Of a stretch of 64,000 bases of DNA, positions 56,034-64,000 are shown piece by piece; positions within the stretch are counted from its first letter, which is position 1, and every line of letters starts with the position of its first letter. This stretch comes from Planctomycetota bacterium (GTDB lineage: Bacteria; Planctomycetota; SZUA-567; H5-PLA8). The stretch covers positions 64,001 to 128,000 of the forward strand of contig JBBRPR010000009.1 of the NCBI GenBank assembly GCA_038227875.1, read 5' to 3'. The notes under the pieces were generated by a model, which worked only from the letters and a program-made list of their open reading frames with translations, had not been told where the DNA came from and searched no databases. Position numbers and translations under genes: made by a program.

Positions 56034-56464
56034 TTGGTTTTCCCCTCTCCAGAACCTATTTCGATCACCGGGCACACGCCGGAAACTCATCCCACGGGCA
56101 AGCTGGACGCACGCCATGTGCCAAGTGTGAAATTGCGGTAAACGGCCATGGAGCGTGAGAATAGAGGCGCTAACTCCGTTCGGGCGCAAACGAAATACAG
56201 ATGGCGCCCACTGATTTCAGATGTCGAAGTTGGCGTAGAATTTCACAGTCCGGCAAAGTAGGGGCGGCGAACGTGAATATCAGACATCGGCTCCCGATAA
56301 TCGGTGAGTTGGCGAATAGACGCCGGCGGCTCTCCTGGGAGCAAGGCTGTGTCACAGTAGTAGGTAGTGGATTTATATGCCGTTGGCATCTGACTCGCTT
56401 TGTAGTGATGACGGACGTGTTTATTCAGGCACGACAAGGTCAAGTTACTCGAAAGGATTCGATC

Positions 56465-58468
56465 ATGAGGCATACCACTATTCTGCTGGGGGCATTGCTC
56501 CTAGCGTTTTCAGTTTCGGTCGCACCGAACGTGCTTGGAGCAGACGGCGTCGACGACGTGATTCGCATGTCGCGAGCCGGCGTCAGTGAAGATGTGCTGA
56601 ACGCGTACGTTCAGGACTCGAAACTCAGCTACGACGACATGTCGGCCGAGGACATTCAGGCGCTGCAGGATAATGGCGTGCCGTCGACGGTGATTGTGAA
56701 CATGATCGACCACGGTAAGGATGTGGCCGCCGCTCCCGTGAACACGGCAGTACCGGACAACGGCGATCCGGCCGCGGTAGACGTGGACGTGTCCGCCGCG
56801 GACACGGTGCTGGCGCCGGAATCTGACGACGCGAATATCACTTATTTTTATCAAGCGCTGGCCCCAGATGGCCGCTGGCAGCAGGTCGACGACCTGGGTT
56901 GGTGCTGGCAGCCGCGCGTGGCGGTGCAGGCCGATTGGCGCCCGTACACCAACGATGGACATTGGGTCTGGAGCGACGCGGGCTGGTTTTTCGAAAGCGA
57001 TTACCGCTGGAGCTGGGCGGCGTTTCACTACGGCCGCTGGCAGCATCACGAACGCGTGGGCTGGATCTGGCAGCCGGGCACCGAATGGGCGCCGGCGTGG
57101 GTCAGCTGGCGCGAGAGCGACAACCATTATGGCTGGGCGCCGCTGCCGCCGGATTCGCATTTCGAATCGGGTGTCGGCTTCACCTTTCACAACAAGCACG
57201 TCGGACTCGCGTTTGACTTCGGCTTGAGCGACCGCGACTACACGTTCGTACCTTCGGATCGGTTCCTGGAAACGAATCTCGCCATCGTGGCGCTGCCCCG
57301 CGACCGCAACCGCGACGTGTTTCGACAGACGACGATCGTAAACAACACGTATGTCTACAACGACAACCGCATCATCAACAACGGCGTCTCAGTCCGTCAG
57401 GTGCAGCAGCGTACCAACCGGAAGCTCGAAGCCGTGGCGATCTCCGACGCGAAGATCCGCCCGGGCGATGCCATCCGCGGTGAAGCGCGCGAAAAGAACT
57501 CGATCGCTGTGTTCCGTCCGAAGATCCAGAAAGCCGCGCCGAAGGATCCGCCCGCGGCGATCGCCAAAAATACGTATGTGAAGCATGACGACAAAGCGCC
57601 CGCACGGACGGCACGCCCCGATCGTACTGAACGTCCCGTGCGCCCGGTGAACACCGTCAGCGCCGCCGCGGCCAAGTCGCGCGTCGCCGAAGAACTGGCC
57701 AAGCGCAAAGCCAATCCCGTCGTGAAGAAGGAAGCTGCCGCGCAGCGCCGCGACGACCGCGTCGAGCAGGCGAAGGAGCAGACGCAGAATCGCGAGCAGG
57801 CGCGCGAACAGAATAAGGACGAAGCCGCGAAGATTCAGGCGGAACGTCAAGCCAAGCTGGAAGCAGAAAAGAACGCCCGCGAACAAGGTCGCGAGCAGAA
57901 TCAGAACGAAGCGGCGAAGGCGCAGGCTGAACGCCAGGCCAAGCTGGAAGCCGAGAAGAACACCCGCGAACAGGCGCGCGAGCAGAATCAGAACGAAGCG
58001 GCGAAGGCGCAGGCTGAACGCCAGGCCAAGCTGGAAGCCGAGAAGAACACCCGCGAACAGGCGCGCGAGCAGAGTCAGAATGAAGCGGCGAAGGTCCAGG
58101 CCGAACGCCAGGCCAAGCTGGAAGCGGAAAAGAACGCGCGCGGCCAGGCAGCTGAGCAGAACAAGAATGAAGCGGCGAAGGCCCAAGCCGAACGTCAGGC
58201 AAAGCTGGAGGCCGAGAAGAACACGCGCGAGCAGGCGCGTGAGCAGAACCAGAACGACGCGGCGAAGGCTCAGGCCGAACGGCAGGCCCGGGTGGAAGCC
58301 GAGAAGGCGGCACGGGAGGCGAAGAAGCCCGAGCCCGCGCCAAAGGCCGACAACGCTCCGAAGACCGCGGCCGAACGAAAGACCGACGCCGAGAAGGAAC
58401 GCGCCGATCGCGTGCAGGAACGCGAAGACAAGCGTGAGGAACAGAAAGCCAAGCGCGACGAGAAGTAG
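56465..58468 (+). CDS. DUF6600-like exported protein with a C-terminal charged helical repeat
   Basis: Start MRHTT plus signal peptide; FYQALAPDGRW, WRPYTNDGHW, HYGRW, WAPAWVSWR, GWAPLPP. Confidence 0.85.
   Translation: MRHTTILLGALLLAFSVSVAPNVLGADGVDDVIRMSRAGVSEDVLNAYVQDSKLSYDDMSAEDIQALQDNGVPSTVIVNMIDHGKDVAAAPVNTAVPDNGDPAAVDVDVSAADTVLAPESDDANITYFYQALAPDGRWQQVDDLGWCWQPRVAVQADWRPYTNDGHWVWSDAGWFFESDYRWSWAAFHYGRWQHHERVGWIWQPGTEWAPAWVSWRESDNHYGWAPLPPDSHFESGVGFTFHNKHVGLAFDFGLSDRDYTFVPSDRFLETNLAIVALPRDRNRDVFRQTTIVNNTYVYNDNRIINNGVSVRQVQQRTNRKLEAVAISDAKIRPGDAIRGEAREKNSIAVFRPKIQKAAPKDPPAAIAKNTYVKHDDKAPARTARPDRTERPVRPVNTVSAAAAKSRVAEELAKRKANPVVKKEAAAQRRDDRVEQAKEQTQNREQAREQNKDEAAKIQAERQAKLEAEKNAREQGREQNQNEAAKAQAERQAKLEAEKNTREQAREQNQNEAAKAQAERQAKLEAEKNTREQAREQSQNEAAKVQAERQAKLEAEKNARGQAAEQNKNEAAKAQAERQAKLEAEKNTREQAREQNQNDAAKAQAERQARVEAEKAAREAKKPEPAPKADNAPKTAAERKTDAEKERADRVQEREDKREEQKAKRDEK
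57791..58312 (+). repeat. 87-bp (29-aa) coding tandem repeat x6
   Basis: REQAREQNQNEAAKAQAERQAKLEAEKNT units starting 57791, 57878, 57965, 58052, 58139, 58226. Confidence 0.92.
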
Positions 58469-58506
58469 TTTTTGTCGGAAGAATGGCCACTTCGCCATTC
58501 TTGAGC

Positions 58507-58545
58507 CTCGGAGCGAACGGTGCGTTGAGCGCCGTTCGCTCCGAG
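58507..58545. terminator. Long GC stem-loop between convergent genes (terminator or REP-like)
   Basis: ctcggagcgaacgg...ccgttcgctccgag, 14-bp perfect stem. Confidence 0.6.
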
Positions 58546-58549
58546 CTGT

Positions 58550-59254
58550 TTATAGCGCGAGAATTTTCGGCCGGAGGAACGCGCCGAGATGACGGTACAT
58601 CTGTTTCGAAAAATGCAAGTCGTCAGCGGCGAACATCTCCGGTTTGGGACGGCCGTTGGAATCGAGCAACAGATGCAGGTAATCGACGAATTCCAGCCGC
58701 GTCGCTGAGCGGGCGCAGAACGGTTGAATGCGCGCGTTGGCCTGGCGGATGTATGACCAGAGTGGCTCATCGCAGGGCGAAGGATGGATTGCCAGATAAA
58801 GGATCGCGGTCACGCTCGGAACGTGCGCCGCGACGAGTTCCGCAAAGAGCCGGAAGCCGATTTCCGCGTTGCGCGCGCCGGTTTCGCCCTGGCAGGAAAT
58901 ATCGTTGTCGCCGGCGCAGTAGACGATCACGCGGGGTTGTCTCGGCAGGATGAGCGCCTGAAAGCTGACGAGCACTTCCCACGTGCGCGCGCCGCCAAAA
59001 CCGAGATTCAACGCCGGGAGATCCGCGAAGAATTCCGCGAACCCATTCGCGTCACTCCAGAGGCGCATGTCCGAGTCGCCCACGAAAAGCACCGGACCCG
59101 GCGCCGCCGCCGAATGCAACGCCGCGAGCTTCTCCACCTGATTCCGGAAGCGGATCTCCGGGATCACCATGCCCTGCCGTTCGAGAAAGGATTGATCGAT
59201 CAGCGGAAAATCGCGATTCAAAGTCGAAACACTTCCCAAACCCGTCGGCTCCAA
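58550..59254 (-). CDS. SGNH/GDSL hydrolase
   Basis: FVGDS, NLGFGG, AGDND, DDLH; start uncertain. Confidence 0.88.
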   Translation of the reverse strand: MEPTGLGSVSTLNRDFPLIDQSFLERQGMVIPEIRFRNQVEKLAALHSAAAPGPVLFVGDSDMRLWSDANGFAEFFADLPALNLGFGGARTWEVLVSFQALILPRQPRVIVYCAGDNDISCQGETGARNAEIGFRLFAELVAAHVPSVTAILYLAIHPSPCDEPLWSYIRQANARIQPFCARSATRLEFVDYLHLLLDSNGRPKPEMFAADDLHFSKQMYRHLGAFLRPKILAL

Positions 59255-59281
59255 TTCAGTTCGTGCCGTTCATTAGGCGGG

Positions 59282-61606
59282 CTAGTTCTTTAACACGCCC
59301 CGGTCCGCTGGAATCGGCACCGCCTTGCTGTACGGAGTCTCTCCGCCGAAGACGTCGATGGTGGAGCCGGAAACTTTAAGCTCCGCGCCATCGTTAAAGG
59401 AGAGGCCCGTGATCGTATTGCGGCCGCTGAGCAGGCCGGTGGTCAGGACGTTGGTGTTGCCGATGCTGATGTTGCCCTTCATGTCGATGACGTAGACATC
59501 GCAGAACGACGGGTTGAGCGGAAAGACTTCGCCTTCCGCGGCGAACGCGAGGTGGCGGCGATCGGGGGCGATCGTCGGAATCGTGATCGCGCAGGGAATG
59601 TGGAAGATCGGCGCCTGGGCTCCCGAAAGGCCGACGGCCGAGGCCGTCAGCGTCTTCACGCCGATATGGCGATCGACATACTTGCCGTCCTTGTCGAGCA
59701 CGCGCTGCGGCGTCAGGCTGGCGAAGGGAATGCTGTAGATGTCGATTTCCACCCACGTCTTCAAGGCGTCGTCGGGCGTGGCGTTCTCCTTGCTGACGCT
59801 GTGATCGCGGTACGGACGGCCCTTCACCGAGGCGATGAGCTGCGCGAGTTCGTTGGTGAGCGGACCGGTTTTGGCGGCGGAGAGTTGCGTGACGGCGTTG
59901 GCCTTGTTGGCGGCATCGCCGTGGCCGTCGAGCGTGTAGGCGATGGCGCTGAGTGCGGCGGCATACTGCGCCTGCGGGAAATCGGTGGTGCGTGCGGCCG
60001 CTTCCCATTTTTCGCCAGCGTGGACAAGTTCGCCGTTTTCGAAGAAGCACATCGCTTCCTGAAAGCGCAGCCCGCCCACGGTGGCTTCATCAGGACAGAT
60101 TGGCGAGGCCAGGCGGTAGGCTTCCTCGGCGTCGTTGTACTCGCCCTTGAGCCGCGCTTCGTAAGCGCGGCGCAGCAGCGGGATGAGCTTGTTCTGCGGC
60201 GCGGCGGTGCAGAGTTGTTCCATTTCTTTGACGACGGCTGCCGTTTCCGCGGGCGCGGGGCGGGGGAGGCCGGCGCCAGGCGGGAAGAGGAACGTCAATC
60301 CGTGCGGACCGCCGATGGGATGAAGGAGCAGCGCTTTCTCGAAGGAATCGCAGGCGGGATCGTATTGCTTGGCGGCGAGGTAGGCGCGGGCGTCGGCGCG
60401 GTCGAGTTCCCCCGCGTCGAGCGGCGGCGGCTGCAGTTCATGCGCTTTCAGAGCGCTGGCGACGGCCTTGTCGGCTTCGCCCTGGCGGATCTGCAGCGCG
60501 CTGGCGGCCATGCATTCGGTGGGCGTGAGCGGAAAATAACGGGCCTTGCCCGGTTCGCCCAGGGCCAGTCCGCCCGGCGAGAGCCACGCCTGCCGCAGTG
60601 TACCATTATGATGCGCCGCGCGCGGATCGGCGGCGTTGGCACCCGTCAGCGTCGCGCTGTCGCCGTCGAGATGCGTGAATTTCTTCGTTGTGAAGTCAAG
60701 CCGGTAGGACTGGAAAACAACGCGTTCCGACGAGGCTTGCGCGAGCGTGAGCACTGCGGAGTTGCCGTCATCATCGATGCGGACCATCACCGGCGTGGAG
60801 AGATTTTCAGGGAGCGGAAACGACTTGATCGCCGTAGTGTCCGTGCGCATGGTCCAGATTTTGGTGCTGCCCGGCGCGTAAAAGAGGACGCGGACGCGGT
60901 CGGGAAATGGATGGACGACGTACGTCGCCGCGGTCGGGTCGTTCTGTTCTTCGGTCGGAAAAATAACGCGCGGCTGCGTGCCGTCGAGATCGCAGATGCC
61001 CAGCAGCGGGAGCGATTCGGCGGGCTTCTGCGAATAGACAATCGCGCTGCCGTCGGGGAGCAGCGCCGGCGAATACAGTTCCGTCAGCGCACCCAGCGGC
61101 GTGCGCTTGTTGCTCGCGACGTTCCAGATTTCCACCGTGCCCGGCGAACCGGGACGCGCTTCACGTCCACTGACCAGCAGCGCCACCGCGCCGTCGACAG
61201 AAAGTTGGAAGCCGGTGAGATGCAAGTTGGAGAGCACCGGCTGCGGTTCGGCCCCGGCGGCGTTCTTCGTGTATTTGAAAATCTTGGTGTAGAAGCCGGC
61301 TTGATCGCGATCGCCGAGGTAATACAGCGTGGTGTTGTCGGGAAGCCAGCGCGGAAAGGCCGCACCCTTGGCGATCAACTGAGCTTCGCCGTTATCGTCC
61401 TCGACCTCAACGACATAGACGCTGGTGTCCAGGTACGACAGTGGCGCGCCAGCGGCCGTCTGGCCTTGCGTATATAAGGTGTAGGCGATGCGGCGGCCGT
61501 CGTTGCTCCAAGTTGGCCCCTGCAATTCCTGGCAACCGGCGAGCAGCACGAGCGTCATCACGACTGTGAAAATACGGCTGAGGCGGATTAGCACGAGACT
61601 CTCCAC
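59282..61606 (-). CDS. Lipoprotein with a TolB-like propeller and TPR repeats
   Basis: Lipobox LLAGC; PTWSNDGRRIAY, PRWLPD, SPALLPDG; helical TPR middle region. Confidence 0.8.
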   Translation of the reverse strand: MESLVLIRLSRIFTVVMTLVLLAGCQELQGPTWSNDGRRIAYTLYTQGQTAAGAPLSYLDTSVYVVEVEDDNGEAQLIAKGAAFPRWLPDNTTLYYLGDRDQAGFYTKIFKYTKNAAGAEPQPVLSNLHLTGFQLSVDGAVALLVSGREARPGSPGTVEIWNVASNKRTPLGALTELYSPALLPDGSAIVYSQKPAESLPLLGICDLDGTQPRVIFPTEEQNDPTAATYVVHPFPDRVRVLFYAPGSTKIWTMRTDTTAIKSFPLPENLSTPVMVRIDDDGNSAVLTLAQASSERVVFQSYRLDFTTKKFTHLDGDSATLTGANAADPRAAHHNGTLRQAWLSPGGLALGEPGKARYFPLTPTECMAASALQIRQGEADKAVASALKAHELQPPPLDAGELDRADARAYLAAKQYDPACDSFEKALLLHPIGGPHGLTFLFPPGAGLPRPAPAETAAVVKEMEQLCTAAPQNKLIPLLRRAYEARLKGEYNDAEEAYRLASPICPDEATVGGLRFQEAMCFFENGELVHAGEKWEAAARTTDFPQAQYAAALSAIAYTLDGHGDAANKANAVTQLSAAKTGPLTNELAQLIASVKGRPYRDHSVSKENATPDDALKTWVEIDIYSIPFASLTPQRVLDKDGKYVDRHIGVKTLTASAVGLSGAQAPIFHIPCAITIPTIAPDRRHLAFAAEGEVFPLNPSFCDVYVIDMKGNISIGNTNVLTTGLLSGRNTITGLSFNDGAELKVSGSTIDVFGGETPYSKAVPIPADRGVLKN

Positions 61607-61837
61607 GGAACGGCGTTAGCCCGAAATTGGGGCGCTTTAGATTGTAACGTGTTCAGGGGTCTGTGGTCACGTGCATTTGTATGTGCGTAGGCGACCCGGA
61701 CGGTTCGTGACTATGATAGATTTTTCAGAATTGTGTTCAATAGTGGTGTAAAAGGTACTACGGTTAGTTACACGGAGCCCGTTTTTGTCGAAAAGGCGGA
61801 CCAAATCAGTTCGGAAAGCATCGATAAGAGGTTCTGA

Positions 61838-63604
61838 ATGACGCAACGTTTCAAGCTCTCTTCACTGGTGTTGTCGCTCGCTGTCGTGGCTGTGGTCGGA
61901 GCGCTGCGCGCCGCCGACGATTGGCCGCAATACCGCGGACCTTCGCGGCAGGGCATCGCGGCCGACGGCGTGAAACTGGCTGACGCATGGCCCAAGGAGG
62001 GGCCCAAACAACTGTGGAAGAGCGAGTGGATTCCCGGCGCCGGCGAAGGCGGCGCGGGCAGTCCCGTGGTGGCGGACGGCAAGGTTTATCTGTACGTCAA
62101 CTGGATGCATCCGGTCGGGGGTGGACGAAAGTACCATCTGATCACCACGGAGTTTCTGCAGGATGCCGGATGGCTGCCGGACCTTCCCGCGGAGCTGGCG
62201 AAAAAAATCGAGGACGCCTGGGCCGCTCCGGCTCATCCCCCGTGCTCCAAGGCTCCGGCCTGGTGGGGCGTAGTTGGTCCGAAAGACGAAGAGTTCGAAG
62301 CGTTCCTCGCGAAAGCACCCGACGTCGACAAGTACATCAAGGATTTCATGGCCACGCTGCCCGCGGCCGACGCTCAGAAATATGGCAAGTACATCAAGCG
62401 GCGGTTGTGCATCTCCGGGCCGAAGACGGGATGGAATCCCACCGGCGGTTACACGTGGGACGAATTGGAGAAGATGAGCAAAACGCGCGACGAGGAGACC
62501 GAATTTGCCTGGAACTACAAAAAGCGCGCTGGCAGCGTTCAGATTCTAAACAAGGGTGCATTCGACGACAGAGCCGGCTGGCTGATCTCCAACATCTGGC
62601 TGCGGGCCAGCACTCTGACTGACACTCTCGTCTGCCTGGACGCCGCGACGGGCAAGGTACTGTGGAAGCGGGAATTCCCGGCCACCCGTGAACGGGTGTT
62701 GAGTTGTCTGAGCATGGATAAAGGTGGCTTTGGACAAATTGGTGCCAGCGGTACGCCCACCATTGCGGACGGCAAGTGTTATTTCGCGGGAATCATGGGG
62801 CTGTACTGCATCTCCGCAAAGGATGGCACGCCGATCTGGAATGTCGAAGGCGAAGCGACCCACAATTCGCCGCTCGTGGCCAAGGGCATCGTGTACCACT
62901 ATGGCGCCGCGTACAACGCCGCCGACGGCAAATTGCTCTGGAAGCACCCGCAGTGGAAACCCAATCTCGGCGCGTGGGAAGTGGCGGCCAAGGCCAACGC
63001 TCCAATCTTGTGGACGGTGAATGGCAAGGACTACATCATCACCACCAACGGCAACCACGATTGGTGTTGCCTGGAATTGGAAACGGGAAAAGTGCTATGG
63101 ACCGTCCGCGGCGCGCCGGATCTTTACTCTCCCGTGTTCAAGGATGACCTCCTGATTTTACGCGGTGCGACGCAGGTCGAAGCCTTCAAAGCGACTCCGG
63201 CCGCCGCCACGTCACTGTGGAAGCAGGCGGTGAAAATGGACAGCCGGGGAAGCTATACCATCGTCAACGATGCGCTGTTCATGCTGGGATGCCCCGACGC
63301 CGGCGCGATGTGGACGTGTCTGGATCTGAAAACCGGTGACGTTAAATGGAGCCAGGCGATTCCCGGGGAAACACTGTGCAATGCAGCGGCCACAGTGGAT
63401 GGCAAGCTCATCAACGTTTTTGGGAAAGGGCACTACGACAGTAACTTCCAAGTGGAGATGATCGATGCCACTCCGGAAAAGTATGTCCAACGCGGCCTTT
63501 TCAATCCGAAAGCCTGCGTGTATTCCTGCCCCGCCATCGCGGGCGGAAAGCTGTTTTTGCGGCTGGAAGATGGCGTGGCGTGTTATGACCTGCAAGGAAA
63601 GTGA
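61838..63604 (+). CDS. PQQ/BamB-like beta-propeller protein
   Basis: Signal peptide; DWPQYRGP, SPVVADGKVY, LDAATGKVLW, PAIAGGKLFLR, CYDL. Confidence 0.9.
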   Translation: MTQRFKLSSLVLSLAVVAVVGALRAADDWPQYRGPSRQGIAADGVKLADAWPKEGPKQLWKSEWIPGAGEGGAGSPVVADGKVYLYVNWMHPVGGGRKYHLITTEFLQDAGWLPDLPAELAKKIEDAWAAPAHPPCSKAPAWWGVVGPKDEEFEAFLAKAPDVDKYIKDFMATLPAADAQKYGKYIKRRLCISGPKTGWNPTGGYTWDELEKMSKTRDEETEFAWNYKKRAGSVQILNKGAFDDRAGWLISNIWLRASTLTDTLVCLDAATGKVLWKREFPATRERVLSCLSMDKGGFGQIGASGTPTIADGKCYFAGIMGLYCISAKDGTPIWNVEGEATHNSPLVAKGIVYHYGAAYNAADGKLLWKHPQWKPNLGAWEVAAKANAPILWTVNGKDYIITTNGNHDWCCLELETGKVLWTVRGAPDLYSPVFKDDLLILRGATQVEAFKATPAAATSLWKQAVKMDSRGSYTIVNDALFMLGCPDAGAMWTCLDLKTGDVKWSQAIPGETLCNAAATVDGKLINVFGKGHYDSNFQVEMIDATPEKYVQRGLFNPKACVYSCPAIAGGKLFLRLEDGVACYDLQGK

Positions 63605-63676
63605 GGCGACTCGCGCAACGATTGCTTTTTAAGCGTCCAAGGCCTAGCATGATAGCTGTATATCAGGAGGCCGCGC

Positions 63677-64000
63677 GTGATAGATCTCGATCAACTTATT
63701 GTCAAAGCATACGACCTCGAACCACTTCCGGCGAGCGTGACGCGCTTGTCGGCGCTGGTCGCGGATAACAACTCGCAGCTCAACGAGATCGTCGAAGTTC
63801 TCACCTACGATCCGGCGCTCACCGCCGGCATTCTGCGCTCGGCCAATTCCGCGGCCAGCGCCAGCCACACGGCGATCTCCAATGTCAAAGATGCGGTGCT
63901 GCGCATGGGCCTGGGCACGGTGCTTTCCCTGGCCGTCGCGGCGAGCGTGAAACGCAACATGATCCTCGCGCTGCCCGAATACGGCTTGCGCGAAAATGAG
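63677..64000 (+). CDS. HDOD domain protein (3' end outside window; not in the ORF track)
   Basis: AGGAGG RBS then GTG; translates LEPLPASV...DPALTAGILRSANSA...DAVLRMG. Confidence 0.88.
   Translation, partial: MIDLDQLIVKAYDLEPLPASVTRLSALVADNNSQLNEIVEVLTYDPALTAGILRSANSAASASHTAISNVKDAVLRMGLGTVLSLAVAASVKRNMILALPEYGLRENE

Noticed and set aside
56201..56464. N-terminal extensions in the ORF track (also 56034-56189, 27449-27565, 16196-16315, 4820-4939)
   Set aside because: Downstream starts give a better RBS and/or place the signal or TM segment at the N-terminus.
57791..58312. CRISPR array
   Set aside because: The repeats are contiguous, in-frame and coding, with no unique spacers and no cas genes.

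Overview
High-GC bacterial chromosomal window. Gene content suggests Planctomycetota (inference from BamB/PQQ-like propeller proteins, a prenyltransferase-repeat protein, DUF4159, an FxLSLRxL N-terminal motif, and a dcw cluster with no ftsQAZ). Housekeeping genes: lipoate ligase-like, gltX, nadK, polX, fused lptFG, LPS glycosyltransferases, ino1, mraY-ftsW-murG-murC-murB-ddl, and pstS-pstCA(fused)-pstS. Between them lie many large secreted or membrane proteins. I found no rRNA, tRNA, CRISPR array or transposase. Most notable: (1) a four-helix-bundle gene inside the dcw operon, flanked by 48-bp near-perfect inverted repeats made of heptamer arrays plus a triloop hairpin, with related empty or solo elements and other heptamer-array families at gene boundaries across the window; (2) a chryseobasin-like DUF692/MNIO RiPP pair whose precursor is a predicted lipoprotein ending in CPPCGRG; (3) a cluster of four hairpins, and a recurring perfect palindrome with a GCAAATTTGC core; (4) an isochorismatase-like/kinase/CX5R-phosphatase fusion; (5) a 2324-aa VWA/Ig-like/TonB-like-anchor/Gly-rich/DUF4159 protein; (6) a PolX lacking polymerase aspartates; (7) a Cys-rich 23-aa-repeat protein. 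All family calls come from motif recognition by eye, not database searches.
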